Positions 38,407-49,496 of a stretch of 64,000 bases of DNA are shown one piece after another. The stretch comes from Leptolyngbyaceae cyanobacterium C42_A2020_001 (GTDB lineage Bacteria > Cyanobacteriota > Cyanobacteriia > Leptolyngbyales > Leptolyngbyaceae). The stretch is from assembly GCA_015272515.1 (NCBI GenBank), contig JACYLN010000024.1, positions 78,073-142,072 on the forward strand. The letters run 5' to 3'. Position numbers and translations under genes: made by a program. Numbering within the stretch: the stretch's first letter is position 1; every line of letters begins with the position of its first letter. The notes below the pieces were generated by a model. It did no database searches, was not told where the DNA came from, and worked only from the letters and a program-made list of their open reading frames with translations.

Positions 38407-39930
38407 TTATTTTGCTCGGTAAAAAAACTCGGTCATATCTTTCAAGCGATCGCAAATTTCATCAGTCAGAGCATTTTCTTCGTAACGCCATTCCCAGTTG
38501 CCCTGCTGTTTACCGGGTGTGTTCATTCGAGCATCACTATCCAATCCTAAGATGTCTTGCAGCGGCACAATCGCAAGATTCGCAATGGAACTAAAAATCA
38601 GCCGAATTAAATCCCAATGAATACCGTCAGAACTGGTACAGCCCAAATATTTCAACACGTTTTGTTGTTCTTCTTTGCCCAACGAGTTAAACCATCCTAC
38701 CGTTGTGTCGTTGTCGTGAGTTCCCGTGTAAACTACACAATTTGGCTGATATTTGAAGGGTAAATAAGGACTGGCGGGATCAGCAAAGGCAAAATGCAAA
38801 ATTTTCATTCCGGGAAACTGATATTTGTCTCGTAGCGCCTCCACATCGGGTGTAATAATCCCCAAATCTTCCGCCAAGATGGGTAATGTGTCGAGTTTTT
38901 GTTCAAGCGTTTGAAAAAATTGTTCGCCCGGTGCTGAAATCCATTTTCCTTTTCTGGCATCGGTTTCGTTTTCAGGAATTGCCCAAAAGTGAGCAAAGCC
39001 TGGGAAGTGATCAATGCGAATTACATCTACGTAATCCAGCATTGCCTGAAAGCGCTGCACCCACCATTGAAAATCAGACTGTTGTAAGTAGTTCCAATCA
39101 TAAACAGGGTTACCCCAGAGTTGCCCGGTTTGGCTAAAAAAATCGGGTGGGGTACCAGCTAATAAAGCGGGTTGATGGGTGTCTGGGTTGAGGCAGAAAT
39201 TTTTGGGATTGGCCCACACATCAGCGCTGTCGTGCGCTACGTAGATGGGAATATCGCCAATGATCTGTACGCCATAGGTATTCGCGTATTTTTTGACTTC
39301 TGACCACTGGCGAAAAAATTCAAACTGTAAAAATTTTTCAAACTGAATTTGCGCTGATAGTGTTTCTCGGCAGGCTGCGATCGCGGTTGCCTCCCGTTCT
39401 GCCAATTCAGGTTCCCAACTGCTCCAGCTTATCCCCTGTTTATAACGCTTGATTGCCATAAATAGGGCAAAGTCTTCTAACCATTCTGCTTTCTCATGGC
39501 AAAACTGTTCAAAAGCGTGCCTTTGGTTGCTGGTTGCGTTGATCTGAAAACGTTCATAGGCTTTGTGAAACAGTGGATACTTTACACGTGTAACTTGATT
39601 GAAATGGATGCGATCGCTGGTGAAGGTAGGTAAATTATCAAAATCATTCGCCTCTAAAAATCCATCTTTATACAATTGCTCCGGACTAATCAGCAAAGGG
39701 TTTCCTGCCATTGCGGAGAAACACATATAGGGCGAGTTTTCTAACCCAGTAGGACCTAATGGAAGAACTTGCCAAAGTCGTTGCTGACTATGGGCTAAAA
39801 AATCAATAAATTGAAATGCATGATGTCCCAGATCTCCAATCCCATACCTCCCAGGAAAAGATGTTGGATGGAGGAGTACGCCACTACAGCGGGTAAACAG
39901 AATTGATGGTTTAGGATCAGTCATAATCAA
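38407..39930 (-). CDS. malQ: 4-alpha-glucanotransferase (amylomaltase, GH77)
   Basis: GVLLHPTSFPG, WQVLPL, GDIPIYV, GQLWGNPVY, RIDHF, AEDLG, YTGTHDNDT. Confidence 0.96.
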   Translation of the reverse strand: MIMTDPKPSILFTRCSGVLLHPTSFPGRYGIGDLGHHAFQFIDFLAHSQQRLWQVLPLGPTGLENSPYMCFSAMAGNPLLISPEQLYKDGFLEANDFDNLPTFTSDRIHFNQVTRVKYPLFHKAYERFQINATSNQRHAFEQFCHEKAEWLEDFALFMAIKRYKQGISWSSWEPELAEREATAIAACRETLSAQIQFEKFLQFEFFRQWSEVKKYANTYGVQIIGDIPIYVAHDSADVWANPKNFCLNPDTHQPALLAGTPPDFFSQTGQLWGNPVYDWNYLQQSDFQWWVQRFQAMLDYVDVIRIDHFPGFAHFWAIPENETDARKGKWISAPGEQFFQTLEQKLDTLPILAEDLGIITPDVEALRDKYQFPGMKILHFAFADPASPYLPFKYQPNCVVYTGTHDNDTTVGWFNSLGKEEQQNVLKYLGCTSSDGIHWDLIRLIFSSIANLAIVPLQDILGLDSDARMNTPGKQQGNWEWRYEENALTDEICDRLKDMTEFFYRAK

Positions 39931-39998
39931 TCAACTCTGTATGTGAGGAGTATTTAGCTATTGATGATTCGCTGATGGTTTCAATCTAGCAAAGTTAA

Positions 39999-42794
39999 TT
40001 AAGGTTGGCTAAGCAATAACGCGACTGGAAACTGAGCTAAAGCATTGCCAACTAAAAGGCGATCGCTAGATTGCAACGGTTGTTCAGTGAAAGCATGTTT
40101 CCAGTGAATGGGCGCATCGGCAGGTAAATGGAGATGGGTATCTTGCCAAACAGCTTCTCCCAGGGGATTCTCGTTAACCTGAATAAGTTTGGTTAGGAAC
40201 CGAGGCGCGATCGCGATCGCCCACTGATCTTGATAGCGTCGAGCGAAAGCAATGATGTGATTCGCAAAGCTACCCTGCACTTCTAAAGGTAAGTAGTCGC
40301 CGTTTAAGAACAGATCTCGATGCTGCGATCGCGTTTTTAGTCCTTGAGTAGTTAGAAATAGTTTAATTCTGCCATCCGTTTTGATATGCAGTAGTTCCTC
40401 AATTAAGCCTAATATATCAGTCTTGGCCTGCTCCTGAATTGAGTCTAAATAAGATCGTCGCTGCTCAAAATCAATTGGACGACGGTTGTCTGGGTCAACC
40501 ATGCTCAGTTCCCATAATTCAGTTCCTTGATAGAAATCTGGAACACCGGGAGACGCTAGTTTCAACAAAGTTTGAGAAAGCGAATTAAACATTCCGTAAT
40601 AAGCAATTCGCTGCTGAAACGGGAAAAAGGCTTCTAGAAACTGCTTAGAAACGCCTGGATCTAGCACGTTTTCCACAAAAGTGGTACATGCCTCCTCGTA
40701 TTCGCTATCGGGACGCAACCAGGCTGTATGAGCTTTCGCTTCCCGAATGGCTTTGGTCATGTAATCTTTCACCCGCTGTACAAAAAACTCGTGCTCATGC
40801 TGAGCAAAGGGAAAAGACCCGACTAGCGTTTGATACAGGAAGTATTCATCGTTACGAGCAGGCATCGCTAATCCGTTGCGATCGCGCCGTAACCCTCGGT
40901 TGATAGCACTCCAGGTATTGATTTGCTGATCCCACTCATCCGGCAGTTCAGACAACACATTCAGTCGCGCCCGTGCGTCTTCACCCCGCTTCGTATCGTG
41001 GGTAGCGGTGCCAATCATGGTGTATTGCCAATGTTTCCGTTGTCGCTGGTTGTAGGCATGAAACTCATTCGGGGTAATTCCAAAATGATCCGGATTCCCT
41101 CCAACTTCATTCAGCGACAGGAGGCGGTTAAATACATACAGGGTCGTATCTTCCACACCTTTCGCCATCAAGGGCCCACTATACTGCTGCATCCGCATCA
41201 CAAAGTAGAGCCACTGTTCCCGTTCAGCTTGTGTCAGGGAGTCCTCAAACTCCAGCAGCATTAGTTTCTCAATGAAAGTCAATTCGTGCTGCAAGAGCGG
41301 CACCTGCTCACGGGCATCGCGAATCACCGCCTGAATTCGCGCCTTATCTTCTGGTTGGATGCCGTCTGGCGTAATGTAAGTGCGATACACCGGAAACAGA
41401 ACGAGTACTTCTGCGATCGCCCGCTTTAACCCATTAATCGTAAAGTCATTGCCATAGCGGTAACGATTAGAGATAGTTTTTAGTAAAGTAGCTAAATTAT
41501 CTAAATCTCCTGCTAAATTACGCTCTAAAATCAAGTGTTTGTTTTGCTTCACCAGATCTGGATACGACATCCGAATTCCAGTAAACGCAAAGTAAAGTTG
41601 ATCAAACTGATCTTTGTGCTCTGGTTGACAAAATAGTCCATTCACATAATTCATGTAGTCATAGCCAGAGGTTCCCTGAATCGACCAGTAGTGAGGCAAA
41701 TCTTCTGATAGTTCTAGAATTTTTTCAACTGTAATATAGGTATCGCCAACCTTTTCTCGGAGGCGTTCTAGATACTGCGTGGGATTGTACAATCCGTCAA
41801 TGTGATCAATTCTTAAACCTGTGAATTTTCCTTCTTCAACAAGCTTTTGGATAAATGCATGAGTGTTATTAAAAACACGTAACTCCTCAACCTTAACCGA
41901 AATCAATTCGTTGACTGTGAAGAATCGACGATAGTTCATTTCTTCTGCACCCACTTTCCAATAGGCGAGTCGATAGAACTGTTCGTTCAATACGCTATCG
42001 AGCAAATTAAAGCTTTCTGGATTGCCAACTTCACCGTTGAAAATCTCAATGCTTTCATCAATAAAATCTTTGATCTGAGAGTTGGTGGTATACAACTCCC
42101 AAATTAAACCTTTAATGAATGAAGTTTGGTCTTGACGTTGTTTCCCAATGACTTCGGAAGGAACGTTTTTGAGGATATAAAGAATGCCCAATACCTTAAT
42201 GAAATCGGGATGATTACGACCCAGTGTTCGAGTCAGCTTCCCTAAGTTATGGGATAGAACTTTTGTATAGGATTCTAGACGGAGAGGCAGTTCTAGTGCG
42301 TAGTATTGAATGCTGAGACCGTTTTCACTGTACTTGAGTTGAATTTCGCCCTTCTCTAAGGATGTACCATAAAAATCTCCCAGTAGAGGAGCTAAGATGC
42401 GTTCATCACTTTTAGTAAACGGCGAGTTCCAGCAAACATCAAAATAGTCTCCATAGTCAGAATCAGGACCGTGTTCTAACAAATCCATGAGATAACGGTT
42501 TTCGCTGGAATATGCCATGTGGTTTGGCACAATATCCTGCACCCACCCCATTTGCTTCATTTGAAGGTCTTGAATTAACGCATCAAAGTCTTCTGGGGTG
42601 CCTAATTCAGGGTTAAGTTGTGATGCATCAACGACATCATATCCGTGGGCACTTCCCGATCGCGCCTTGAAGATAGGCGAGGCATAGATATCAGAGATTC
42701 CCAGTTGAGCAATGTAATCTGCGATCGCTTGGGCATCTTTAAAGCCAAACTCAGGCGTGAATTGTAATCGGTATGTAGCAGTTGGGATTCTCAT
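39999..42794 (-). CDS. treY: Malto-oligosyltrehalose synthase
   Basis: MRIPTATYRLQF, HGYDVVD, DIVPNHM, NYRRFF, GLRIDHIDGL, ATHDTKRGED, DPDNRRP. Confidence 0.96.
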   Translation of the reverse strand: MRIPTATYRLQFTPEFGFKDAQAIADYIAQLGISDIYASPIFKARSGSAHGYDVVDASQLNPELGTPEDFDALIQDLQMKQMGWVQDIVPNHMAYSSENRYLMDLLEHGPDSDYGDYFDVCWNSPFTKSDERILAPLLGDFYGTSLEKGEIQLKYSENGLSIQYYALELPLRLESYTKVLSHNLGKLTRTLGRNHPDFIKVLGILYILKNVPSEVIGKQRQDQTSFIKGLIWELYTTNSQIKDFIDESIEIFNGEVGNPESFNLLDSVLNEQFYRLAYWKVGAEEMNYRRFFTVNELISVKVEELRVFNNTHAFIQKLVEEGKFTGLRIDHIDGLYNPTQYLERLREKVGDTYITVEKILELSEDLPHYWSIQGTSGYDYMNYVNGLFCQPEHKDQFDQLYFAFTGIRMSYPDLVKQNKHLILERNLAGDLDNLATLLKTISNRYRYGNDFTINGLKRAIAEVLVLFPVYRTYITPDGIQPEDKARIQAVIRDAREQVPLLQHELTFIEKLMLLEFEDSLTQAEREQWLYFVMRMQQYSGPLMAKGVEDTTLYVFNRLLSLNEVGGNPDHFGITPNEFHAYNQRQRKHWQYTMIGTATHDTKRGEDARARLNVLSELPDEWDQQINTWSAINRGLRRDRNGLAMPARNDEYFLYQTLVGSFPFAQHEHEFFVQRVKDYMTKAIREAKAHTAWLRPDSEYEEACTTFVENVLDPGVSKQFLEAFFPFQQRIAYYGMFNSLSQTLLKLASPGVPDFYQGTELWELSMVDPDNRRPIDFEQRRSYLDSIQEQAKTDILGLIEELLHIKTDGRIKLFLTTQGLKTRSQHRDLFLNGDYLPLEVQGSFANHIIAFARRYQDQWAIAIAPRFLTKLIQVNENPLGEAVWQDTHLHLPADAPIHWKHAFTEQPLQSSDRLLVGNALAQFPVALLLSQP

Positions 42795-42813
42795 GGGGAT
42801 TGTTGATCAATGG

Positions 42814-44664
42814 CTAGACGGGCTTACGTTCATACACCACAAGGCTAGTTGCCTGGATGTTTAATGCTTGCTCAGGAGAAAGGGTTGTGGGAGATTTAGA
42901 ACCTGGTCCAGTCCACGCTTGATCACTAGAGTCGAGGATTTTTTGAATATCCTCTTGCATCGGTAACGTGAGCGAAACAGAAATTGAGTTGAAGTTCATG
43001 ACACAAACTAACTCACTGGTTTCACACCAGCGGTGTAAAACCAGCACGCGCTTTTCTTCATCACTCCACGCCCGGATAAAATCGCGATCGCGTTGTAAAA
43101 GAGCTGGATGGGTTTGCCGAAGTTGAATCAGGGTGCGATACCAGTTCAGCAATGTCTGATGCTGTCCCTGTTGGCGGAGTTGCCAATTGAGTTTGCACTT
43201 CAAAAATGTTTCAACGGCTTCTGGATCGGGTGGTTCACCCTCGTAGTGAAATGCCTCAAATTCCTTACGTCGCCCTTGTCGCACTGCCTGGATTAACTCT
43301 GGATCTGAATGACTCACGAAATAGGTGAACGGTGCGGTTTCTCCATACTCCTCACCCATAAATAAGAGAGGAATGTTAGGAGACAGAAGTACAGCCCCGG
43401 CTGCCAGTTTTACGTGCTCAAACGAAGTGCGTGGTAGTAGGCGTTCGCCCAACATCTGGTTACCAATCTGGTCATGATTTTGAATGCAGACAACAAATTG
43501 AGTGGGGGAGCGATCGCGACAGCTAGCACCATGAAAACGATGACGGTGAGGCGCATATTTCCAGTCATACACAAAGGTGTCTTCGTAAGCTTTTGCCAGG
43601 TCTGCACAGCGTCCAAAGTCCTGGTAATAGCCCTGCTGGTCACCTGTGATCAAAACGTGTAGCGCATGGTGAAAATCATCACTCCATTGAGCATCTAATC
43701 CGTAGCCATAAGCTTCAATTGGACGAATTAGGATGGGATTGTTTAAATCACTTTCTGCAATCAAATAATGTTTCTTTCCAGTTGCTTGAGATAATGAATC
43801 AACCGCTTCGGTTAACTCTTGCAAAAAGTGCTTAGCTCCCAGATCGTAAATAGCTTGAACGGCATCCAACCGGAGGGCATCAATGTGAAAGTCTCTTAAC
43901 CAATACAGAGCATTGTTGATGAAATAACTCCGCACTTCCTGAGAATAGGCATCGTCAAAGTTCATCGCACTGCCCCACGGAGTTTGGTAAGTCTCCGTGA
44001 AATACGGTGCGAAGTGGTTCATGTAATTTCCCTCAGAACCAAAGTGGTTATAAACTACATCCAGCACAACGGAAATACCATGTTGATGGCAAGCATCTAC
44101 CAATTGCATCAGGTCTTGAGGGGTACCGTAGGAATTTTGTACAGCGAAGGGGTAAACGCCATCATAGCCCCAGTTGCGATAAGCGACCTCAGACGCAGCG
44201 TTTTGATCTCCTGGAAACTGTGCGATCGGCATGATCTCGATCGCGTTGATTCCAGTTTCCTTTAGCTCCTTGAGTCGCGGAATGATGGCGGCAAATGTGC
44301 CTTCGGCAGTAAATGTGCCAACGTGTAATTCATATAAAATCAGCGATTCTAAAGGTTGTCCTTTCCACGCCTGATCAGTCCATTGAAACTGGAGATCAAT
44401 AACCTGAGAGGCACCATGTACGCCATCCGGTTGAAAGCGTGAGGCGGGATCAGGATGGGTTTCTTCTTCATTTAATCGATAGCGATAGCAAGCATTAGGA
44501 TACACATCTTGCGCGATCGCGTGCCAATACCCATTTTCTTGCGGCTTCAACGCGATTGTTTGCGGTTCTGGGGATACAATTTGTATCGCCATTGTTTGGG
44601 GCTTTGGTGCCCATACTATAAACTCGCACTCCCCATTACCCAGGTAATGAGCGCCAATTTTCAC
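42814..44664 (-). CDS. treZ: Malto-oligosyltrehalose trehalohydrolase
   Basis: PDPASRFQPDGVHG, YELHVGTF, WGYDGV, DVVYNH, LRLDAVQA, QNHDQIGN. GTG start at 44664 follows GGAGG. Confidence 0.95.
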   Translation of the reverse strand: MKIGAHYLGNGECEFIVWAPKPQTMAIQIVSPEPQTIALKPQENGYWHAIAQDVYPNACYRYRLNEEETHPDPASRFQPDGVHGASQVIDLQFQWTDQAWKGQPLESLILYELHVGTFTAEGTFAAIIPRLKELKETGINAIEIMPIAQFPGDQNAASEVAYRNWGYDGVYPFAVQNSYGTPQDLMQLVDACHQHGISVVLDVVYNHFGSEGNYMNHFAPYFTETYQTPWGSAMNFDDAYSQEVRSYFINNALYWLRDFHIDALRLDAVQAIYDLGAKHFLQELTEAVDSLSQATGKKHYLIAESDLNNPILIRPIEAYGYGLDAQWSDDFHHALHVLITGDQQGYYQDFGRCADLAKAYEDTFVYDWKYAPHRHRFHGASCRDRSPTQFVVCIQNHDQIGNQMLGERLLPRTSFEHVKLAAGAVLLSPNIPLLFMGEEYGETAPFTYFVSHSDPELIQAVRQGRRKEFEAFHYEGEPPDPEAVETFLKCKLNWQLRQQGQHQTLLNWYRTLIQLRQTHPALLQRDRDFIRAWSDEEKRVLVLHRWCETSELVCVMNFNSISVSLTLPMQEDIQKILDSSDQAWTGPGSKSPTTLSPEQALNIQATSLVVYERKPV

Positions 44665-44926
44665 GTTCAACCCCTCCTGCATAAAGTGTTTAATTTCATG
44701 GATGGCAATCTCAGCGATCGGGCAGCTATCGTTTAGACCAAGTCGCAAAACGAGTTGACAAAATTTTTACTGCAAGGAGTATGACTGAATCAATCCCCTA
44801 TAGAACAGCATCAAAAGATAGATTTCTTCTATGCACACTTTGCTTCTAGCGTCTGATGCTTTGCCCTTCTACAATCATCGTGGGATAGGTTTTATCTTCT
44901 GAACCAATAAACTAATTTAATTAGCC

Positions 44927-45721
44927 ATGCAATCTACTCAACCTTCTGTCGCTTCAATTCGCCTGCGCCAATTTCTCACTGTTGCTGCCATTTTGGGATC
45001 GTTTGCAGTCAATGCCTGGTCCAATATTTCCCCTCCGAATGGAGCTTCGATTGGTGAAATTTCAAATACTCAATTTGCCGATGTGCTGATCACACCCGCC
45101 AACTATGCCTTTGCTATCTGGGGAGTTATCTATTTGGGCTTAATTGGATTTGGTGTTTACCAGTTTTTACAACCCCAAAATCAACATCCTAAACTCCAAA
45201 CAATCAGTTACCTACTAGTAGCTGCGTGTATCGCTCAGGCAGTTTGGGTATTCTTATTTCTGTCAAATTTGTTTGGCTGGTCTGTGCTGGCAATGCTCAC
45301 AATTTTGGTATGCCTGATTTGGGTGTATTTGCAACTGGGTACCTGCGATCGCTCCCCTACCTGGCAAGAGCAATGGCTGTTGCGAATTCCCTTTAGTGTT
45401 TACCTGGGGTGGATTTCGGTAGCAACGGTGGTGAATGTAGCGCTGGCTCTGTATGATGCTGGTTGGAATGGCTGGGGAATTGCGCCTGAAGTGTGGACTG
45501 TTGTAATGCTAGTTATTAGCAGTGCCTTGGCGATCGCGTTACTGATTCAGCGGCGTGATACTGCGTTTTCCCTGGTGATTATTTGGGCATTGATTGCGAT
45601 CTCGGTCAAACGCTCCAGTATTCCTCTCATTGCAATAAGTGCGATCGCTTTAGCAATTGGTTTAGGACTGGGGAATATCAGGCAACGTAGTTGGAGTCTA
45701 CGTAGGAGGGGCGATCGTTAA
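44927..45721 (+). CDS. TspO/MBR-related tryptophan-rich membrane protein
   Basis: ITPANYAFAIWGVIY, W-rich transmembrane helices, PFSVYLGWISVAT. Confidence 0.75.
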   Translation: MQSTQPSVASIRLRQFLTVAAILGSFAVNAWSNISPPNGASIGEISNTQFADVLITPANYAFAIWGVIYLGLIGFGVYQFLQPQNQHPKLQTISYLLVAACIAQAVWVFLFLSNLFGWSVLAMLTILVCLIWVYLQLGTCDRSPTWQEQWLLRIPFSVYLGWISVATVVNVALALYDAGWNGWGIAPEVWTVVMLVISSALAIALLIQRRDTAFSLVIIWALIAISVKRSSIPLIAISAIALAIGLGLGNIRQRSWSLRRRGDR

Positions 45722-45787
45722 ACCAATTTTTTGCAACATCTGTACGCTGTTAAATTGGAGAGACAAGAGTATCCCCAATTAAATTTT

Positions 45788-46726
45788 TCAAGCAAGTTTA
45801 AGTTTTCGTTGAAACGTCTTTATAAAATGCTTAGCCAACTGAAAGTTCAAACTTGGCTCAATATCCTTTAATAGGATGTAAATCCGACGATTTCGGTCAA
45901 ATGAAATTCCTTCAGCAGCAATGGATCTTATCCACCAACCTATTAGCGGCTCAAAAACTTTTTTGGAGAAATATTTTGGAGGTGGCGCATTGTGAGAGAG
46001 AAAATGGATAACTTTGATGCTTTCTTCCACAAAAACATCTTTCTCAGAAGTATTTCTTAAACCTTTCTCGTCAGTTCTGCGATAATTTAAATGCTCTGAG
46101 ACAAAAGCAACATCTGAAATTGCTAAAACTTTAGCATAGAGCATCCAATCTGATGCAAATGGCATTGTCTCATCAAACTTTCCTGCTTCGATAAACGTAC
46201 TGCGACGGAACAATACTGCACTTGATGTTGGAATTGTACATTTGAAAAATAAATACTGGCATTCATTTTTACCATTATTAATATAATCTTTATTCCAGTG
46301 ATCTGGATCTACGTCACCTGTCCATTCTTTAAGTGAATACAGATGACTCCCTTCATCATCAATTTCCCAAGACTGAGAATAAGCTAGCCCAACAAATGGG
46401 TTCTGATCTAATTTTTCAACCAACTTTTCTAAAAATTCCGGATGGCAACTATCATCTGAGCAGGCAAATAGAATATATTCTCCCTGTGCCTTATCTGCAA
46501 TATCATTCCATCGCTTATAGATCCATTCATTTTCGCGGTAAAAGAGTGGTTTGATTCTAGGATCTTGCAAATAAGAGCCTATGATTTCCGTGCTCTCATC
46601 CGTTGAGCCGTTATCAATAATGATTAATTCAAAATCTTCAAAAGTTTGATTCAACAAACTCTGAATACGTTCATTCAAATATCTAGCGTAGTTGTAATTT
46701 ATCAGTAAAATGCTGACTTTTGGCAT
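45788..46726 (-). CDS. Glycosyltransferase family 2
   Basis: VSILLINYN, IIIDNGSTD, DD motif in CSDD, DW motif. Confidence 0.9.
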   Translation of the reverse strand: MPKVSILLINYNYARYLNERIQSLLNQTFEDFELIIIDNGSTDESTEIIGSYLQDPRIKPLFYRENEWIYKRWNDIADKAQGEYILFACSDDSCHPEFLEKLVEKLDQNPFVGLAYSQSWEIDDEGSHLYSLKEWTGDVDPDHWNKDYINNGKNECQYLFFKCTIPTSSAVLFRRSTFIEAGKFDETMPFASDWMLYAKVLAISDVAFVSEHLNYRRTDEKGLRNTSEKDVFVEESIKVIHFLSHNAPPPKYFSKKVFEPLIGWWIRSIAAEGISFDRNRRIYILLKDIEPSLNFQLAKHFIKTFQRKLKLA

Positions 46727-46767
46727 AATCTACCACCCTTTCAACTGAGTATGTCTGGTAATGGTAT

Positions 46768-47427
46768 TTAGCAAAATATTGCTTTTCGGCAGTAAAAAGC
46801 TTCTGCATATTTGTTGGGCGCATTTGACTCAACTCCACGTAATCGAAGAAGCGAGAAAAATGTTTCCTCAGTAAACCAATGCTTATTGGATTGAGTCGCA
46901 AAGTGCTCCATCAAATAAGTAATTTTTCTTTGACATATCGATTCATCAAGATGAACAAACATGTTAGGAATTCCGAGATCTCCATCATATTTCATGATTT
47001 CATACTCCCAGATTAAATGATTACGAAAAGTATTCCAAGTTAAATCAGAGATAAGTTTATGATCTTGATGTAGATCCTGTCGATAGTGGGTCAGAATTAA
47101 ATCTGGAGATACATCTTGCCTCAACTGATCAAAAAATTCTTTGATCTCAGCTCCCATATAGGGGAAGAATCGATCTCTAAAGCTCTTGACCACGATAGTT
47201 TTTTGGGTTGCTCCTTTTAAGAAAGTGTTTGCGCTAGCGATCGCTTCTTCCTTGCGTTGCTCATCTGCTCCAAAAACTACCCAATAAAAGCTTAAATCTG
47301 GAAACATTTCAACAAGTTTTAGAATGGTACCGCCACAACCAATTTCAATGTCATCACTGTGAGCGCCGAGGCATAAAACTTGGCGAAGAGAGCCTTTCTG
47401 TGGATGATTGAAAGTGAGGCTGAGCAT
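46768..47427 (-). CDS. PIG-L family deacetylase
   Basis: GAHSDDIEIGCGG and DLHQDH metal-binding motifs. Confidence 0.9.
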   Translation of the reverse strand: MLSLTFNHPQKGSLRQVLCLGAHSDDIEIGCGGTILKLVEMFPDLSFYWVVFGADEQRKEEAIASANTFLKGATQKTIVVKSFRDRFFPYMGAEIKEFFDQLRQDVSPDLILTHYRQDLHQDHKLISDLTWNTFRNHLIWEYEIMKYDGDLGIPNMFVHLDESICQRKITYLMEHFATQSNKHWFTEETFFSLLRLRGVESNAPNKYAEAFYCRKAIFC

Positions 47428-47514
47428 AATTTAAGTTTGAAGATGTGTTTGTTGGCTGCAAACAAAGAGAAAGTAGGACATTGTTGACGTAACGAGATTT
47501 AAGCTTTTGCTCAA

Positions 47515-48375
47515 TTAGGCAGTCTCTTTAGCAAGAATGTGCTTTTCAGGTACCGAGGGTGATTTAAGCTTTTTCGCATAATTCATCAGGGAGTTTTGAG
47601 AGGTTTCCCACACAGCCCAAGGAGTATTTCCTTGAGCATACATTTCATCAAACATCATTTTTTCTTTCAGTGTATCCATACATGCCCAGAAATTTGGGTT
47701 TCTATAAGCAATTAATTCTTTTCTTTGAATCAAACGTTGAAATGGCTCAAGAACAAGCTCTTCTCCATCTTGAATATAATCAAAAATTTCTTGTTTCAAA
47801 GCAAAGAATCCACCATTAATCCATAAGTCTGAATCACCAACAGACTGAATATTTTCCACTAGCGCATCGCCTTTGAGAGAAACGACATGAAAAGACTGAG
47901 ATGGTTGGACTGCTAAAAAACTAGCAATTTTATCCTGTTGATGGAAGTGATCAAGATACAAATCAAGGTCAAGGTCACTAAGTCCATCCGCATAATTTGC
48001 AAGAAAAGCCTCCTCCCCTTCCAAATAAGGTTTTACAGCGACAAGCCTTTGTCCAATATTGGAACTTAGACCAGTATCAGCAAAGGTAATTGTCCAGTCC
48101 TCAATGTCACTGCTTTGCAGATGAACACTTTTCCCCCCTTTAGACAGAGTAAAGTTATTCGATAAACACTCGTTGTAGTTGAGGAAGTAGTTCTTGATGT
48201 AGTCCCCTTTATAACCGAGACATAAGATGAAATCCTTATGACCAAAATGGGCGTAATACCGCATCAAATGCCAAATGATAGGGCGATAGCCAATTTCCAC
48301 CATTGGCTTGGGGATTGTATCAGAATATTCTCTTAAACGTGTTCCTAAACCACCGCAAAATAAAACAACTTTCAT
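47515..48375 (-). CDS. rfbF: Glucose-1-phosphate cytidylyltransferase-like protein
   Basis: MKVVLFCGGLGTRL, PKPMVEIG, LCLGYKG, ANYADG, WINGGFF, WACMDT. Start at ATG 48375. Confidence 0.85.
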   Translation of the reverse strand: MKVVLFCGGLGTRLREYSDTIPKPMVEIGYRPIIWHLMRYYAHFGHKDFILCLGYKGDYIKNYFLNYNECLSNNFTLSKGGKSVHLQSSDIEDWTITFADTGLSSNIGQRLVAVKPYLEGEEAFLANYADGLSDLDLDLYLDHFHQQDKIASFLAVQPSQSFHVVSLKGDALVENIQSVGDSDLWINGGFFALKQEIFDYIQDGEELVLEPFQRLIQRKELIAYRNPNFWACMDTLKEKMMFDEMYAQGNTPWAVWETSQNSLMNYAKKLKSPSVPEKHILAKETA

Positions 48376-48440
48376 TTGAACCTTCCTTTCAAGTAATGGA
48401 AAATACAGCCAGAAAATGTACTCAATCCTCAATGCTATTT

Positions 48441-49403
48441 TTAAGCTGAAGGCGATATAGTACTTTGATCTTTCAATGCGATTTCTAGATTTTCTCTATA
48501 CCAATCTGTTGTAAGTTTGAGTCCCTGATTCAGAGAAACTTTAGGTTTCCAGTTAAGCTTGGCGAACGAGGTAATAGAATTAGCAGATCTCACTTGCTCA
48601 CTTGAGCGATCTGTAATGGCACCAAACGAAGGAGCAATTTGAGGATTAACAATATCGACGAGTCGTTGAACTATTTCACGAATAGTCACGAATGTTCCTG
48701 ATCCCAAATCAATGGTTTGACCCTCTATATCGGATACGTATGCCATCGCAAGAAGACCCGAAACAACATCATCAACATAAATCCAGTCAACTAGTCTTTT
48801 TCCACTAGTTAACTGAGGAGATATTCCTTTCAACAATGAAGCTACAACGTAAGGGATCAGAAAACGTGGATTTTGTCTAGGTACATAAACCATGAAAATT
48901 TTTGCTACGACAACGGGTGTTTTGTATAAATCATGAAACATCTGAGCGTATACGCTGCTAGCCCATTTTGCAGCGGCATAGGGGGATGATGGAAGAACAG
49001 TAATATCATCTGCTTCCGGTTCTTCAAGCGAGCCAGCTAAGATAATACGTGAACATCCAATTTCAGTAGCTACTTTGAGTAGATTCACTGTACTTATTAA
49101 ATTATTGGAAAGGGTAGGGAGTACATGCTCCATAGAACGAGAGCCAGTTACGTGACTAGCCAAGTGATAGATAATGTCGGGTTTTATGGTGTTAAGGACA
49201 GTTTGCGTACTAGAGGGATCTTGTAGATCAACCTTCCACCAATGAACAGAATTTAACTTTTCATTTTTTTGAGACCGATAGATAGCATGAACTTCTACTT
49301 CTTTTTCGCAGAGAGCATCACACAGATGAGAACCGATAAATCCACTGGCACCTGTAACTAATATTTTTTTGCCTGAAAAATAATTTGGAAAATTCATAAT
49401 CAA
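48441..49403 (-). CDS. NAD-dependent epimerase/dehydratase (extended SDR; possible NDP-sugar 4-reductase)
   Basis: GASGFIG and YAAAK catalytic motif, DWIYVDDV. Confidence 0.88.
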   Translation of the reverse strand: MIMNFPNYFSGKKILVTGASGFIGSHLCDALCEKEVEVHAIYRSQKNEKLNSVHWWKVDLQDPSSTQTVLNTIKPDIIYHLASHVTGSRSMEHVLPTLSNNLISTVNLLKVATEIGCSRIILAGSLEEPEADDITVLPSSPYAAAKWASSVYAQMFHDLYKTPVVVAKIFMVYVPRQNPRFLIPYVVASLLKGISPQLTSGKRLVDWIYVDDVVSGLLAMAYVSDIEGQTIDLGSGTFVTIREIVQRLVDIVNPQIAPSFGAITDRSSEQVRSANSITSFAKLNWKPKVSLNQGLKLTTDWYRENLEIALKDQSTISPSA

Positions 49404-49496
49404 ATTAACTTTCTAGTAAACAAGAGTTGAGCAATACGACTAATAAAAATTGGTCTATGTCTGCTATTGAACTAGAAGCTGAAAGGGTTTTATTCT

